Origin: a virus
Taxonomy: Duplodnaviria > Caudoviricetes
Reading direction: 5' to 3' (one strand)
IMG/VR virus record: IMGVR_UViG_3300031694_000027
Coordinates: 1-31,322 of that record
DNA: 31,322 nucleotides
Part shown: in pieces, positions 16,340 through 24,809 of the stretch
How the letters are laid out: each line of letters opens with the position of its first letter
How positions within the stretch are numbered: position 1 is the first letter of the stretch
Notes under the pieces: model-generated
The model's input: only the letters and a program-made list of their open reading frames with translations
The model's database searches: none
What the model was told of the DNA's origin: nothing
Translations under genes and position numbers: made by a program

Positions 16340-17630
16340 AGTGTGCCATCGCGTTTCTTAATTCAATCCTTGCATTTGGCGTGTTCAGGTTATTGACGAC
16401 CTGGGTTGATACGCTATTGTCAGACCTAATATTATTCAGAATTGTATTTTGATGTTCTTCACTAGCAAGCCGTGCGGCTGCAAGAATCATTGTGTCGGAG
16501 GGCATAGGTGTTATATTACTTTTAATCACACCTTTAGCCATAAGCACACTTGCATCAAAATCATGTTGCCCAAGCATACTTGGATGGCTACGACCTGTTG
16601 TTAAGTGGTTAATTCTTGCATCAGCAAGCTCTCGCGCACTAAGAATCTCTGGAATCCTGCTAGCAAGGTACTCATCAAAGGTTTGCTTTATCGGCATATC
16701 TAATCCTAAATTTCTTGGATCCATTATAAATGCTTTTTGTTCGGCCTTTTGCATTTCATTAAAGGCAGTTTCGTCTAGAGTCACAGGCTCAGGAGTAACT
16801 CCCAAAAACTTTTCTAAACCTGGTATCATTTGGACTAATGCAGAGCCAGCGAACGAACCAATAATAAGACCCAAAATACCACCTAAAATCATTCCTTTCA
16901 GGCCAAACTTTTTGCCGAACTTCATTCCTTTTGTAAAACCAATGCTACCACCTGCAAACTCAGCGGAAGCTATGGCTACTCCCATCTTGTCAACGGATCC
17001 ATTAGGCAAAGTCAACATATCACCACCGAAAGCACCTAGAGCTGAACCTACTAAACCACCAAAGACCATTCCGCGAACACCGCCAAACTTTAATCCTATT
17101 GCAGCGCCAGTAGCAGCGCCACCAACAAATCCAAGTGAAGCAGGATTCCAATTGCCTGCCATAACGTCATTAGCTGCATTTTTCCATAGATCAGGTTTGC
17201 CAAAGTAATTAAACACAGCTTGTATAGCGGTACCTGCTACCAGTGTAATAAGACCTACAACAAGACCGGTCTTTAATACTTTACTAGCAATTGCCAACAA
17301 ACCACCGACAGTAAATAATCCAGCAACACCAGCAATCATTCCAGTTATGAGCGCAGAAATGCCAGCGAATATTGCAGGTCTCATCAACCCAACACCCATG
17401 AAACCTTCGTCCTTATCAGCTTTAGTTGTAGTTACAGTATTAGAACTTTGTCCGGCTGATTTAGATTCTCTAGCGTCTTCTAGATCTTGTAGATTATCGC
17501 CCTTGGCCATCTTTGCCAATTTTGACAGATGGGTCTCTTGCTTCTCACCCGTTTCTGATAGGGTATTCAGGCGTATGTTAGTCTCTTGGATCTGTAATAC
17601 TAAATCATTTAATGATCTTTCGGCGGCCAT
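16338..17630 (-). CDS. Probable tape measure / baseplate hub protein (gp29-like)
   Basis: 430 aa; N-terminal coiled coil, Gly/Ala-rich hydrophobic helices, Asn-rich C-terminus; downstream of gp26 and gp51. Confidence 0.6.
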   Translation of the reverse strand: MAAERSLNDLVLQIQETNIRLNTLSETGEKQETHLSKLAKMAKGDNLQDLEDARESKSAGQSSNTVTTTKADKDEGFMGVGLMRPAIFAGISALITGMIAGVAGLFTVGGLLAIASKVLKTGLVVGLITLVAGTAIQAVFNYFGKPDLWKNAANDVMAGNWNPASLGFVGGAATGAAIGLKFGGVRGMVFGGLVGSALGAFGGDMLTLPNGSVDKMGVAIASAEFAGGSIGFTKGMKFGKKFGLKGMILGGILGLIIGSFAGSALVQMIPGLEKFLGVTPEPVTLDETAFNEMQKAEQKAFIMDPRNLGLDMPIKQTFDEYLASRIPEILSARELADARINHLTTGRSHPSMLGQHDFDASVLMAKGVIKSNITPMPSDTMILAAARLASEEHQNTILNNIRSDNSVSTQVVNNLNTPNARIELRNAMAH

Positions 17631-17640
17631 GGTTTATCCT

Positions 17641-17826
17641 TCATCGATTTCGATTTTCTTGTTCTTGGTTTTCCTTCTCGATATATTGTCGAAGAAGAAT
17701 TAAATATATCTCTCTTTCCCATGGCATCATATTATCAAGATCACTTAGCGTGTAATTATGGTGCTGCATCAACGCAAAATTAGTCTTAAAATGATTTTCC
17801 AAACTATCATGCAAAAGAGCTACATA
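17641..17826 (-). CDS. gp51: gp51-like baseplate hub assembly domain, probably reached by -1 frameshift from gp26 (not in ORF track)
   Basis: YVALLHDSLENHFKTNFALMQHHNYTLSDLDNMMPWEREIYLILL...; matches the short gp51 of marine T4-like phages; no ATG with a Shine-Dalgarno at its 5' end. Confidence 0.8.
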   Translation of the reverse strand, partial: YVALLHDSLENHFKTNFALMQHHNYTLSDLDNMMPWEREIYLILLRQYIEKENQEQENRNR

Positions 17827-18539
17827 AAAAAATTGGATAACCCTGATAGAGTTTCGTTATTATGTTTATTACATTTAACACAATCGTATTCAATAGTATA
17901 TTCGATACTAGGAAGTGCATCAATATACTGCTTAATCTTCATGAAGTATTCATATGGCAAACTTTCAACAAAAGCCACTACTTCTGCCCTTGGTTCTTTA
18001 TCGCACTCAAATATTTCATCGCCATGGAATATCTTATCAACACACTTTATAATCATATCATATAAAACATCAATTTGAGATTCACTATTTTTCTTATTAG
18101 TAGAACCTTGTGCCATTACATGACCGTAGGTTGGCGGCCTAAGTAACATACCCATATCCTCATTAACCATTATCCTAGGGTTATTATCTACCTTAAGCCG
18201 TGGTATATGTACCTTATCTAAATCAATTTCAATTTCATTACCAGTTTCACAATCGGAACATTTAGAAGATACTTTAATCTTCTCGCCTACAGACTTTGCT
18301 CGCATCTTAATAAAAATATGCTCAATGTCATATACAGCTAACTTACTAATATTCACCTTGCCGAATGTACATGCTTCACAAATTGATTGTATAGCCCTTC
18401 CTACAACTTGTTCATCACCTGCTTCAAGTGCTATAAGCAACTGTCGCTCTTCCTTTACTACGTACGGTCTATACTGTACTATTGTACCATCCGAAATTTC
18501 CGTCTCGTATGTTAATGTTTTGAACGTTGGTATTGCCAT
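17820..18539 (-). CDS. gp26: Baseplate hub assembly protein (gp26-like)
   Basis: YRPYVVKEE..LL.A, DIEHIFIKMRAKSVGE, two CxxC pairs, C-terminal LSGLSNFF. Confidence 0.9.
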   Translation of the reverse strand: MAIPTFKTLTYETEISDGTIVQYRPYVVKEERQLLIALEAGDEQVVGRAIQSICEACTFGKVNISKLAVYDIEHIFIKMRAKSVGEKIKVSSKCSDCETGNEIEIDLDKVHIPRLKVDNNPRIMVNEDMGMLLRPPTYGHVMAQGSTNKKNSESQIDVLYDMIIKCVDKIFHGDEIFECDKEPRAEVVAFVESLPYEYFMKIKQYIDALPSIEYTIEYDCVKCNKHNNETLSGLSNFFM

Positions 18540-18557
18540 GATTATCGCCTGTTATAA

Positions 18558-19250
18558 TTAAATACTATTAAATTTGCTAGCTAAGGTCTCTATAACCGAA
18601 CCTAGTCTATTTCCAAGATTACCTGGAAGAGCCACGTTTAAGCCTGATATAGTTGCATCTAATAAATCGTCTGTAGCTTCCCAATCATCATACGCAAGGG
18701 TAGTACTCATAATGGTTGCAACATCAGTGCTATCGGCGCTGAGCTCTATTGAATCTACAGTTACCGGATATGCATTTTTAAATTTGACTGAGTATATTGG
18801 AAAATTATCCTTATTTAACTGCTGTACTATAATGTCGGTGGCATACGTGTCTTTATAGTTGACACTATAGTCGCTGTTAATAACCTTAGCCTGCCATGCA
18901 TCAAAGTACTTTTTAACAAACATATCTTGTGTCAACATAAAAGTTAAAGTAAGGTCATCAGTAATGGAAGCGTAAGGCATCTTATGCAACTTTGTATTTG
19001 TAGAGTAATCAGTAGTTGCTATCTGCCTGCCAGGTAAGACCGCTGTTTTGCATAAGAACGTTAGATCTCGTGGATCGTTATAGAGTGAGTTGATACCAGC
19101 GGCAACACTTCCTCCAGCGATTCCTGCAGATATAATGTTTCTTATCTCTAAACCACTAAATAATGGGACAGGCATGTATATTGCAAAACGGTTAGCCTGA
19201 GCTATACCTTGACGTCTGCTAATAACACTTTTTAAATTGTCTATACTCAT
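18558..19250 (-). CDS. gp54: Tail tube-family protein (gp54 tube initiator / gp19-like)
   Basis: ANRF, LCKTAVLPGRQI, KYFDAWQ, NAYPVTV motifs; start at 19250 (ATGA with the gp2 stop). Confidence 0.72.
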   Translation of the reverse strand: MSIDNLKSVISRRQGIAQANRFAIYMPVPLFSGLEIRNIISAGIAGGSVAAGINSLYNDPRDLTFLCKTAVLPGRQIATTDYSTNTKLHKMPYASITDDLTLTFMLTQDMFVKKYFDAWQAKVINSDYSVNYKDTYATDIIVQQLNKDNFPIYSVKFKNAYPVTVDSIELSADSTDVATIMSTTLAYDDWEATDDLLDATISGLNVALPGNLGNRLGSVIETLASKFNSI

Positions 19251-19834
19251 ATCATTTTCCTGCTCTCTTTCCATACGGCGCTACGGCTCTTACCACGGAA
19301 TTGCTCTGTTGGTAGAAATACTGCAACTTCCCATTCAGTCGGTTGAACCATTACCATATTAGAATCAACTTGACTAGTCAGGTATCTTTTAATACATGGC
19401 TTATAATATTTTAATCCTGTTACAGATTTTAATATGTTATATCTGATATTCATCCGTGTTGACTCATCATACTTATCGTTAGTAACTGTATCTAACAGCG
19501 CGTCAAGAAACTTGGCTCTTAAGACAGGTGGCAAGTAATGTAGATTGATTCCGTAGAATCCACCTGGTGCTTTGTCTAATGCTATGATAAGTGGAAACGC
19601 GTCCCAGTATGGTAACGTTTTACGATGTTTAGCATCATAGAAGAACATGAACATATTGCCACGAATTGTTTTAGTCTTCTTAATAAGCTCTTCATCCTTT
19701 AAAAGTGTCTGGCGATTAACCTTACCACGAAGACCCTTTGCTTTTTCCCGGAACCATTCTCGCGAAGATTTAGTCCGGGCAGGTATGCCTTTCTTAAATG
19801 CTTCTAGCTCCAGTTTGGAAAGAAGTGATGCCAT
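19247..19834 (-). CDS. gp2: DNA end protector
   Basis: FFYDAKHRKTLPYWDAFPL, GINLHYLPP, PCIKRYL, VWKESR. Confidence 0.93.
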   Translation of the reverse strand: MASLLSKLELEAFKKGIPARTKSSREWFREKAKGLRGKVNRQTLLKDEELIKKTKTIRGNMFMFFYDAKHRKTLPYWDAFPLIIALDKAPGGFYGINLHYLPPVLRAKFLDALLDTVTNDKYDESTRMNIRYNILKSVTGLKYYKPCIKRYLTSQVDSNMVMVQPTEWEVAVFLPTEQFRGKSRSAVWKESRKMI

Positions 19835-19865
19835 TATGCTTCCTTAAAATAATTAAAAATAACTG

Positions 19866-19894
19866 TGTACAAACAAGCTATACTGTGATATAAT
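19866..19894 (+). promoter_or_regulatory. Sigma70-type early promoter, antisense to late genes
   Basis: TGTACA-17bp-TATAAT, TGn extension, AT-rich UP region; same consensus as the other eight. Confidence 0.78.
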
Positions 19895-19928
19895 AAGACT
19901 GTAGTCTGCGGAGGGGTAGAATACATTA

Positions 19929-20171
19929 TTACTGTGTAGCAGCTTTAGCAATTGCAGCATCAACTTGCTTAGTCAGCGCTTTTAATTGTTTAATTGTAGA
20001 GGTTAGTTCTTTAACAAGTGCTGGATCAACGTCATCAGTTCGGACTGTGAGTTCATGCTTTAGTCTTTCTATACCACTAACACTATTCTTCATGGTAAGC
20101 TTCAATGTTTTCGCCCGTGTCTTATCCATTACGGTCACCATTGATTCGGTCATACTTGCGAATGTTTCCAT
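19929..20171 (-). CDS. Hypothetical late protein (80 aa)
   Basis: AAAGGT Shine-Dalgarno, its own late promoter, helical Ala/Lys-rich C-terminus. Confidence 0.72.
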   Translation of the reverse strand: METFASMTESMVTVMDKTRAKTLKLTMKNSVSGIERLKHELTVRTDDVDPALVKELTSTIKQLKALTKQVDAAIAKAATQ

Positions 20172-20206
20172 TAAATTAATACCTTTGTTATAATGCGTTA
20201 TGTATC

Positions 20207-20214
20207 TATTTATA
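20207..20214 (-). promoter_or_regulatory. T4 late promoter
   Basis: TATAAATA on the - strand, intergenic. Confidence 0.78.
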
Positions 20215-20218
20215 CGAT

Positions 20219-20662
20219 CTATTTACAGATCCTAATGCCCATCTGCTTTAATGTGTCTTCTGTCCAAATCTCGAATTTCCATCCTCTATTAAGACAATAC
20301 TCTCTAGTGGCAGACCATTTAGATTGGTTCTTCACATAAGTCATTGACTCAGAGATATATTTACGGGTTCTTCTACCTTTATAATCCGGCTTCATTGTTT
20401 GTTTCTTTGGCTTAATCTCTACCAATGTCACAGAACCGTCTTGCCATACTATCTTTAGATCCATAAAGTATCGGTGCATCTTCCTATCTGTCCCGCATAT
20501 ATAAGGTATGACAGTTTCTTCTGAATGCCATTTCTTTACACCTGGAGAAGCTTCACACCACTTAAAGCATTGCCTCTCCCATAGAGATCGGTACTGTACC
20601 TTCGCTGGATTGCCATCATACTTGGATGGTTCTTTAATTTTATATCTGCCAGAATAAGCCAT
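20219..20662 (-). CDS. gp4: Head completion nuclease
   Basis: MAYSGRY, YRSLWE, W.SEE.VIPY, HRYFMD, LVEIKPKKQT, KNQSKW; start at 20662, downstream of the late promoter. Confidence 0.93.
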   Translation of the reverse strand: MAYSGRYKIKEPSKYDGNPAKVQYRSLWERQCFKWCEASPGVKKWHSEETVIPYICGTDRKMHRYFMDLKIVWQDGSVTLVEIKPKKQTMKPDYKGRRTRKYISESMTYVKNQSKWSATREYCLNRGWKFEIWTEDTLKQMGIRICK

Positions 20663-20670
20663 ATTACTCG

Positions 20671-20678
20671 TATAAATA
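20671..20678 (+). promoter_or_regulatory. T4 late promoter (baseplate operon)
   Basis: Exact TATAAATA upstream of gp48. Confidence 0.8.
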
Positions 20679-20694
20679 GAAGTAAGAATAATTA

Positions 20695-20702
20695 TATTTA
20701 TA
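20695..20702 (-). promoter_or_regulatory. T4 late promoter (gp4)
   Basis: TATAAATA on the - strand upstream of gp4. Confidence 0.8.
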
Positions 20703-20715
20703 GGCATTAGTAAGT

Positions 20716-21759
20716 ATGAACCAAAAACATATGGAAAAACATAAGAGGTTAATATACCCTCTCGATACTGATAATGCATCTACGTTTATAAAATTTACAA
20801 CGATACAGCATAGCAAAATTGTTCGTGGATTTAGCGCCGGCGGCCAGGACGCCATTGACGAAGTTGTAGATAGCCTGACAATTGAGAAAACCACTGGTGA
20901 AGCCACAGGTGCAGCCGGCATTGCTCTTGGCAAAGCCGTTGATATGACGACTGATTTATTGTCGTCAGGTGCTAAAGCCCTTTATAACTTTGTAGCTCCT
21001 GACGAATTTATCCGCGGGCAGCAAGCGACTTACGGTGCTATTAAGGAAGGCGATGGTATGAATATTGCCCGTGGAAGAACTGTTGAAATATTCATGCCAC
21101 AAAGCATTCAAATCAACGATAGCGCATCATATGATAATACATCGTTAGGTGGTGCTGGCAGATTGATTGGAGCAGCTACAAGTAATAGAAAGATTCCAGG
21201 TATGGCAGAAGCAGCCTTTGCGGCTGGGTCAGGAGTTGGCTCTATACAAAATCTATTTAAAGAAGGCATTGAGGGTATGTCTTCCTCACAAATAGCAGCC
21301 GTCGCTAACAAGATTCCAGGCGGTTCTGAATTAAGAGCTGCAGCATCATCAGGATTCGGTGTCGTATTGGATCCAGTTACTATCACCACATTCACTGGTG
21401 TACCTATTAGACAATTCTCATTCACATATAAATTAATTCCGTCATCAGAATCTGAATCAAGAATGATAGGTGATATTATTAAATTTTTTAGGACTGAGTT
21501 GTATCCAGAAAGGAGCGGGTGGGCATTAAAATATCCAAACGCGTTTGAGATTGAACAAGTGTATATGCCAGGCGCTGGAAGGCGACCTACAATATTAAAT
21601 AAGTTCTTAAAATCATTTCTAGTATCAATATCCAGTACATATAATCCAACAAGCAACGCAATGATGGTCGATGGCTCATGGAGTGAAATAGATCTAACTC
21701 TTACGTTCCAAGAAGAAAGATCATTAACTAAACAAGATATTCACGATGGAGGCTTGTAA
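20716..21759 (+). CDS. gp48: Baseplate tail-tube cap
   Basis: LIYPLD, IFMP, FTGV..RQFSFTYKLIP.S..E, YPNAFEI, LTLTFQE..LTK. Confidence 0.88.
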   Translation: MNQKHMEKHKRLIYPLDTDNASTFIKFTTIQHSKIVRGFSAGGQDAIDEVVDSLTIEKTTGEATGAAGIALGKAVDMTTDLLSSGAKALYNFVAPDEFIRGQQATYGAIKEGDGMNIARGRTVEIFMPQSIQINDSASYDNTSLGGAGRLIGAATSNRKIPGMAEAAFAAGSGVGSIQNLFKEGIEGMSSSQIAAVANKIPGGSELRAAASSGFGVVLDPVTITTFTGVPIRQFSFTYKLIPSSESESRMIGDIIKFFRTELYPERSGWALKYPNAFEIEQVYMPGAGRRPTILNKFLKSFLVSISSTYNPTSNAMMVDGSWSEIDLTLTFQEERSLTKQDIHDGGL

Positions 21760-22455
21760 ATGAGTTATTTAGGACGATTGCAAAAGGTTGTGTATGAGTT
21801 TGAAGATAGAACCACAGTGTTTAATAACTTGGCCACATTCTCTGACATAATAGGAGCCAACATTGATGACATTTCTTCTTATGAGTTATATGATATAATT
21901 GATGGAGCAAGACCAGACCAAGTGTCTATTAGTTTATATGATACACCATACTACCATTGGACTTTATTTTTAATTAATGATAATTTAAGAACACAAGGTT
22001 GGCCACTGAGTTATTTAGACCTATCTGCATACATACTAAAAAAATATCCAAATAAATCTATGTTGGTTACGGCAGATATATCTGGCTCATTTACTATAGG
22101 CACTACAGTCGTAGGACAAACAAGTAACGCGGTTGGATCAATTGTATCAAAAGATACTAATATAGGTAAAATGACTGTTCGTATAATAGCTGGAACATTC
22201 CAAGATGGAGAAGATATTATTGATTCTGCTGCGGATCCAGCTGTACCCATTACGATAAGCAGCGTCATGTCAGATCATCTTGCTCCTCATCATTATGCAG
22301 ACACTTCAGGTGTTACTGATATTAATCCATACACTCAAGTAATCCCATCAGGCGTATCAATGGTTACTAATTGGGATTATGAATATAAAAAGAATGATGA
22401 GTTAAGTAAAATTAGAGTACTAAAGAAAAGTATGATTGGTAAGGTGACTAATTAA
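21760..22455 (+). CDS. gp53: Baseplate wedge subunit
   Basis: DGARPDQVS..LY....YHWTLFLIN, WPLS, VTNWDYE...ND...IRVLK. Confidence 0.9.
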   Translation: MSYLGRLQKVVYEFEDRTTVFNNLATFSDIIGANIDDISSYELYDIIDGARPDQVSISLYDTPYYHWTLFLINDNLRTQGWPLSYLDLSAYILKKYPNKSMLVTADISGSFTIGTTVVGQTSNAVGSIVSKDTNIGKMTVRIIAGTFQDGEDIIDSAADPAVPITISSVMSDHLAPHHYADTSGVTDINPYTQVIPSGVSMVTNWDYEYKKNDELSKIRVLKKSMIGKVTN

Positions 22456-23621
22456 TGTCTACGTCATCTGATACGATAAACCATGCAGAGATAATGGCTG
22501 TAAGCATAACGTGTAATGGTGTAGCCTATGACATAACAGGTTCTATGTTAGAAATTAACCTATATGAATCTATAGAAGCGATCAGCGTCATGGGTGATAT
22601 AAATTTCTTAGATACACATAGATTATATGAAACGATTCATGGTGGTGAATCAGTCAATGTAAGATTAATGATATGTGAAAGAGCATATGATCTAGGTTTT
22701 ATTGCCTACGCAGTTGAAGGTAAGAGCTTAGACGACCGTGGAGGTTTGGTACAGTTAAAGGTTGCAGAAAATCACTATATTAAAAATTCAATAACAACTG
22801 CTTCAGGTATGTACGACGATAACTGCAGTATTATTATGAATAAACTATTAAATAACATTGGCGTTTCAAGTATTATTACTGAAAACACTAAGCAAAATAA
22901 GAAATTATCTATTCCACATATGAAGCCATTTGAGGCAATAGAGTTAATTAGATCACAATCCTCATCACCAACCGGCAATAAAATGTTTGTATATGGAACA
23001 TTAGCACACGGTGTAATTATAGATTCTTTTGACGAGATGTCTAAGCGCCCACAGATTTCAGGTAAGTTTAGATACGGTGTTGGAGAATCTCCAGAAAATC
23101 CAGATGATATTATGCAATCTTTAGATATACAGTCTAGGACAATACACACCGTAGACATTGTTGACAACGTTGATACATTAGCAATGGTGAAGGACGGATT
23201 CTTTGGTCTACGTAGCAATACTATAGATATGTTTAATAAGTCTATGGTGACTACAGACTTCGGTGCTGGTAACGGCGTAGTCGAAAAGGAAAATACCCCA
23301 AGGGTCAACTCTGTCACAAACTCATCTGTATCATCCCTTGGATGGGAAATGGGTGATGATAGATATGAAAGAGCAAAGAGTCATTCGGCCTTTAGTCTTT
23401 TAAATATGGTAGTATCTCCATATAAATTCCGATCACTCAAAACAATTGGTCACACTATAGAGGTATTATTTCCTAATAACATTCATAATGGAAACGGTGA
23501 AAACACATTTGATACTAAACGTAGTGGATTATATGTTATAACTCACTCTAGACTTAGTATCACGCCGGGCAAAGCAACGTATACAATGAACGCGGTATCA
23601 AAGGTTAGCAATAATGTTTAA
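22455..23621 (+). CDS. Probable baseplate hub protein (gp27-like)
   Basis: EINLYESI, IP.MKPFEAI, SGLYVIT; position between gp53 and gp5. Confidence 0.65.
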   Translation: MSTSSDTINHAEIMAVSITCNGVAYDITGSMLEINLYESIEAISVMGDINFLDTHRLYETIHGGESVNVRLMICERAYDLGFIAYAVEGKSLDDRGGLVQLKVAENHYIKNSITTASGMYDDNCSIIMNKLLNNIGVSSIITENTKQNKKLSIPHMKPFEAIELIRSQSSSPTGNKMFVYGTLAHGVIIDSFDEMSKRPQISGKFRYGVGESPENPDDIMQSLDIQSRTIHTVDIVDNVDTLAMVKDGFFGLRSNTIDMFNKSMVTTDFGAGNGVVEKENTPRVNSVTNSSVSSLGWEMGDDRYERAKSHSAFSLLNMVVSPYKFRSLKTIGHTIEVLFPNNIHNGNGENTFDTKRSGLYVITHSRLSITPGKATYTMNAVSKVSNNV

Positions 23622-24321
23622 TAATTTTTACACGGGTCTAGTAGTATCAATTGACGATCCCCTAAAAAGATCAAGAGTATCAGTAAGAATCCTTGGCCAT
23701 CATTCTGAAGCTATATTGGATGAAAAACTTCCATGGGCACAGGTCATGATGCCAAATACAAATGCATCTAGCCCTACCTCAACAGACTCTCATGGATTAA
23801 CAGTTGATACATGGGTAATATGTGCATCAAAAGAATCACTCCTGCAAGATATAGTAGTCCTTGGAACATTCAAAGGCAAGGATGATACACATCTAAGAGA
23901 GCTTGGTATTGATGGAATGTCAATACCTAAAGAACACTCAGCTGCACAAGCAAGACCTACAGGTGTTCCGGCTAATCCGTATAAAGCAGTGTATCCACAC
24001 AATAAGATCCATGCAACAACTTCAGGTCATATTGTTGAGTACGATGATACCCCTGGATCCGAAAGAATTTATATCTATCATAAGTCTGGATCATTTATTG
24101 AGTTATCCAATGATGAAGTGACTCATGTTAATAACGGTAATAAGTGGACAGTAACTACAGGTAATGAATCATTGCAGGTAAATGGTACCACCTCAATCAA
24201 CTCCACCGGAGCCATATCAATAACATCAGATGCATCTATTACAATAACATCGTCATCTAGTGTCACTATTAATGGTTCATCTGTATCGATACCTAATTTA
24301 GTGGTACAGCATATTCACTAG
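23614..24321 (+). CDS. gp5: Central baseplate spike (gp5-like OB fold plus beta-helix, no lysozyme)
   Basis: DDPLKRSRVSVRILG.H, LPWAQVMMP, YPHN...TTSGH.VEYDDTPG.ERI...HKSG; S/T/I-rich repeats. Confidence 0.88.
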   Translation: MFNNFYTGLVVSIDDPLKRSRVSVRILGHHSEAILDEKLPWAQVMMPNTNASSPTSTDSHGLTVDTWVICASKESLLQDIVVLGTFKGKDDTHLRELGIDGMSIPKEHSAAQARPTGVPANPYKAVYPHNKIHATTSGHIVEYDDTPGSERIYIYHKSGSFIELSNDEVTHVNNGNKWTVTTGNESLQVNGTTSINSTGAISITSDASITITSSSSVTINGSSVSIPNLVVQHIH

Positions 24322-24330
24322 ATTAAAACG

Positions 24331-24338
24331 TATAAATA
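24331..24338 (+). promoter_or_regulatory. T4 late promoter
   Basis: Exact TATAAATA upstream of gp25. Confidence 0.8.
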
Positions 24339-24365
24339 TAATAATAATAACATAAGTGTACTAAT

Positions 24366-24809
24366 ATGGCAACTAGAACTTTTTCAAATTCCCCTTATAA
24401 TCTCGAGGGCGGTGGCAAAGTATCAGCAAGGTCTATTCAATATTCAGACCTAGACTTTACGTTTCTTGCAAAGCCAGGTTCTGGTGATCTATACGTAAAA
24501 ACTGATGCTGCTGCAATTAAACAAAGTGTATTCAATTTAGTTATGACCAATACTACTGAGCGTCCATTTCAGCCAGAACTTGGAACTGATATAAGTGCAA
24601 TGCTATTCGAGAATCTTGATGTTTCTACGGCTATGACTATTGAGGCACAAATAAAGCATACACTTAACCAACACGAACCACGTATTGAAGTCTTAGATGT
24701 ACTTGTTACTGATGACGGTGCGAATACGCTTAGGGCACAAATAAATTATCAAATCATATCATCTGCAGAGATTGTAGAGTCTATAATTTCGATGGAGAGG
24801 ATCCGCTAA
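24366..24809 (+). CDS. gp25: Baseplate wedge subunit
   Basis: YSDLD, AIKQSV.NLV.T...ERPFQPELG, EPRI. Confidence 0.92.
   Translation: MATRTFSNSPYNLEGGGKVSARSIQYSDLDFTFLAKPGSGDLYVKTDAAAIKQSVFNLVMTNTTERPFQPELGTDISAMLFENLDVSTAMTIEAQIKHTLNQHEPRIEVLDVLVTDDGANTLRAQINYQIISSAEIVESIISMERIR

Noticed and set aside
16492-17208. 238-aa + strand ORF
   Set aside because: Antisense shadow of the Gly/Ala-rich - strand gene; lies after the gp32 terminator with no promoter or Shine-Dalgarno.
20219-20779. 186-aa version of gp4, or a TnsA transposase
   Set aside because: The extension crosses its own late promoter and gp48; the conserved start is MAYSG at 20662, and synteny indicates gp4.
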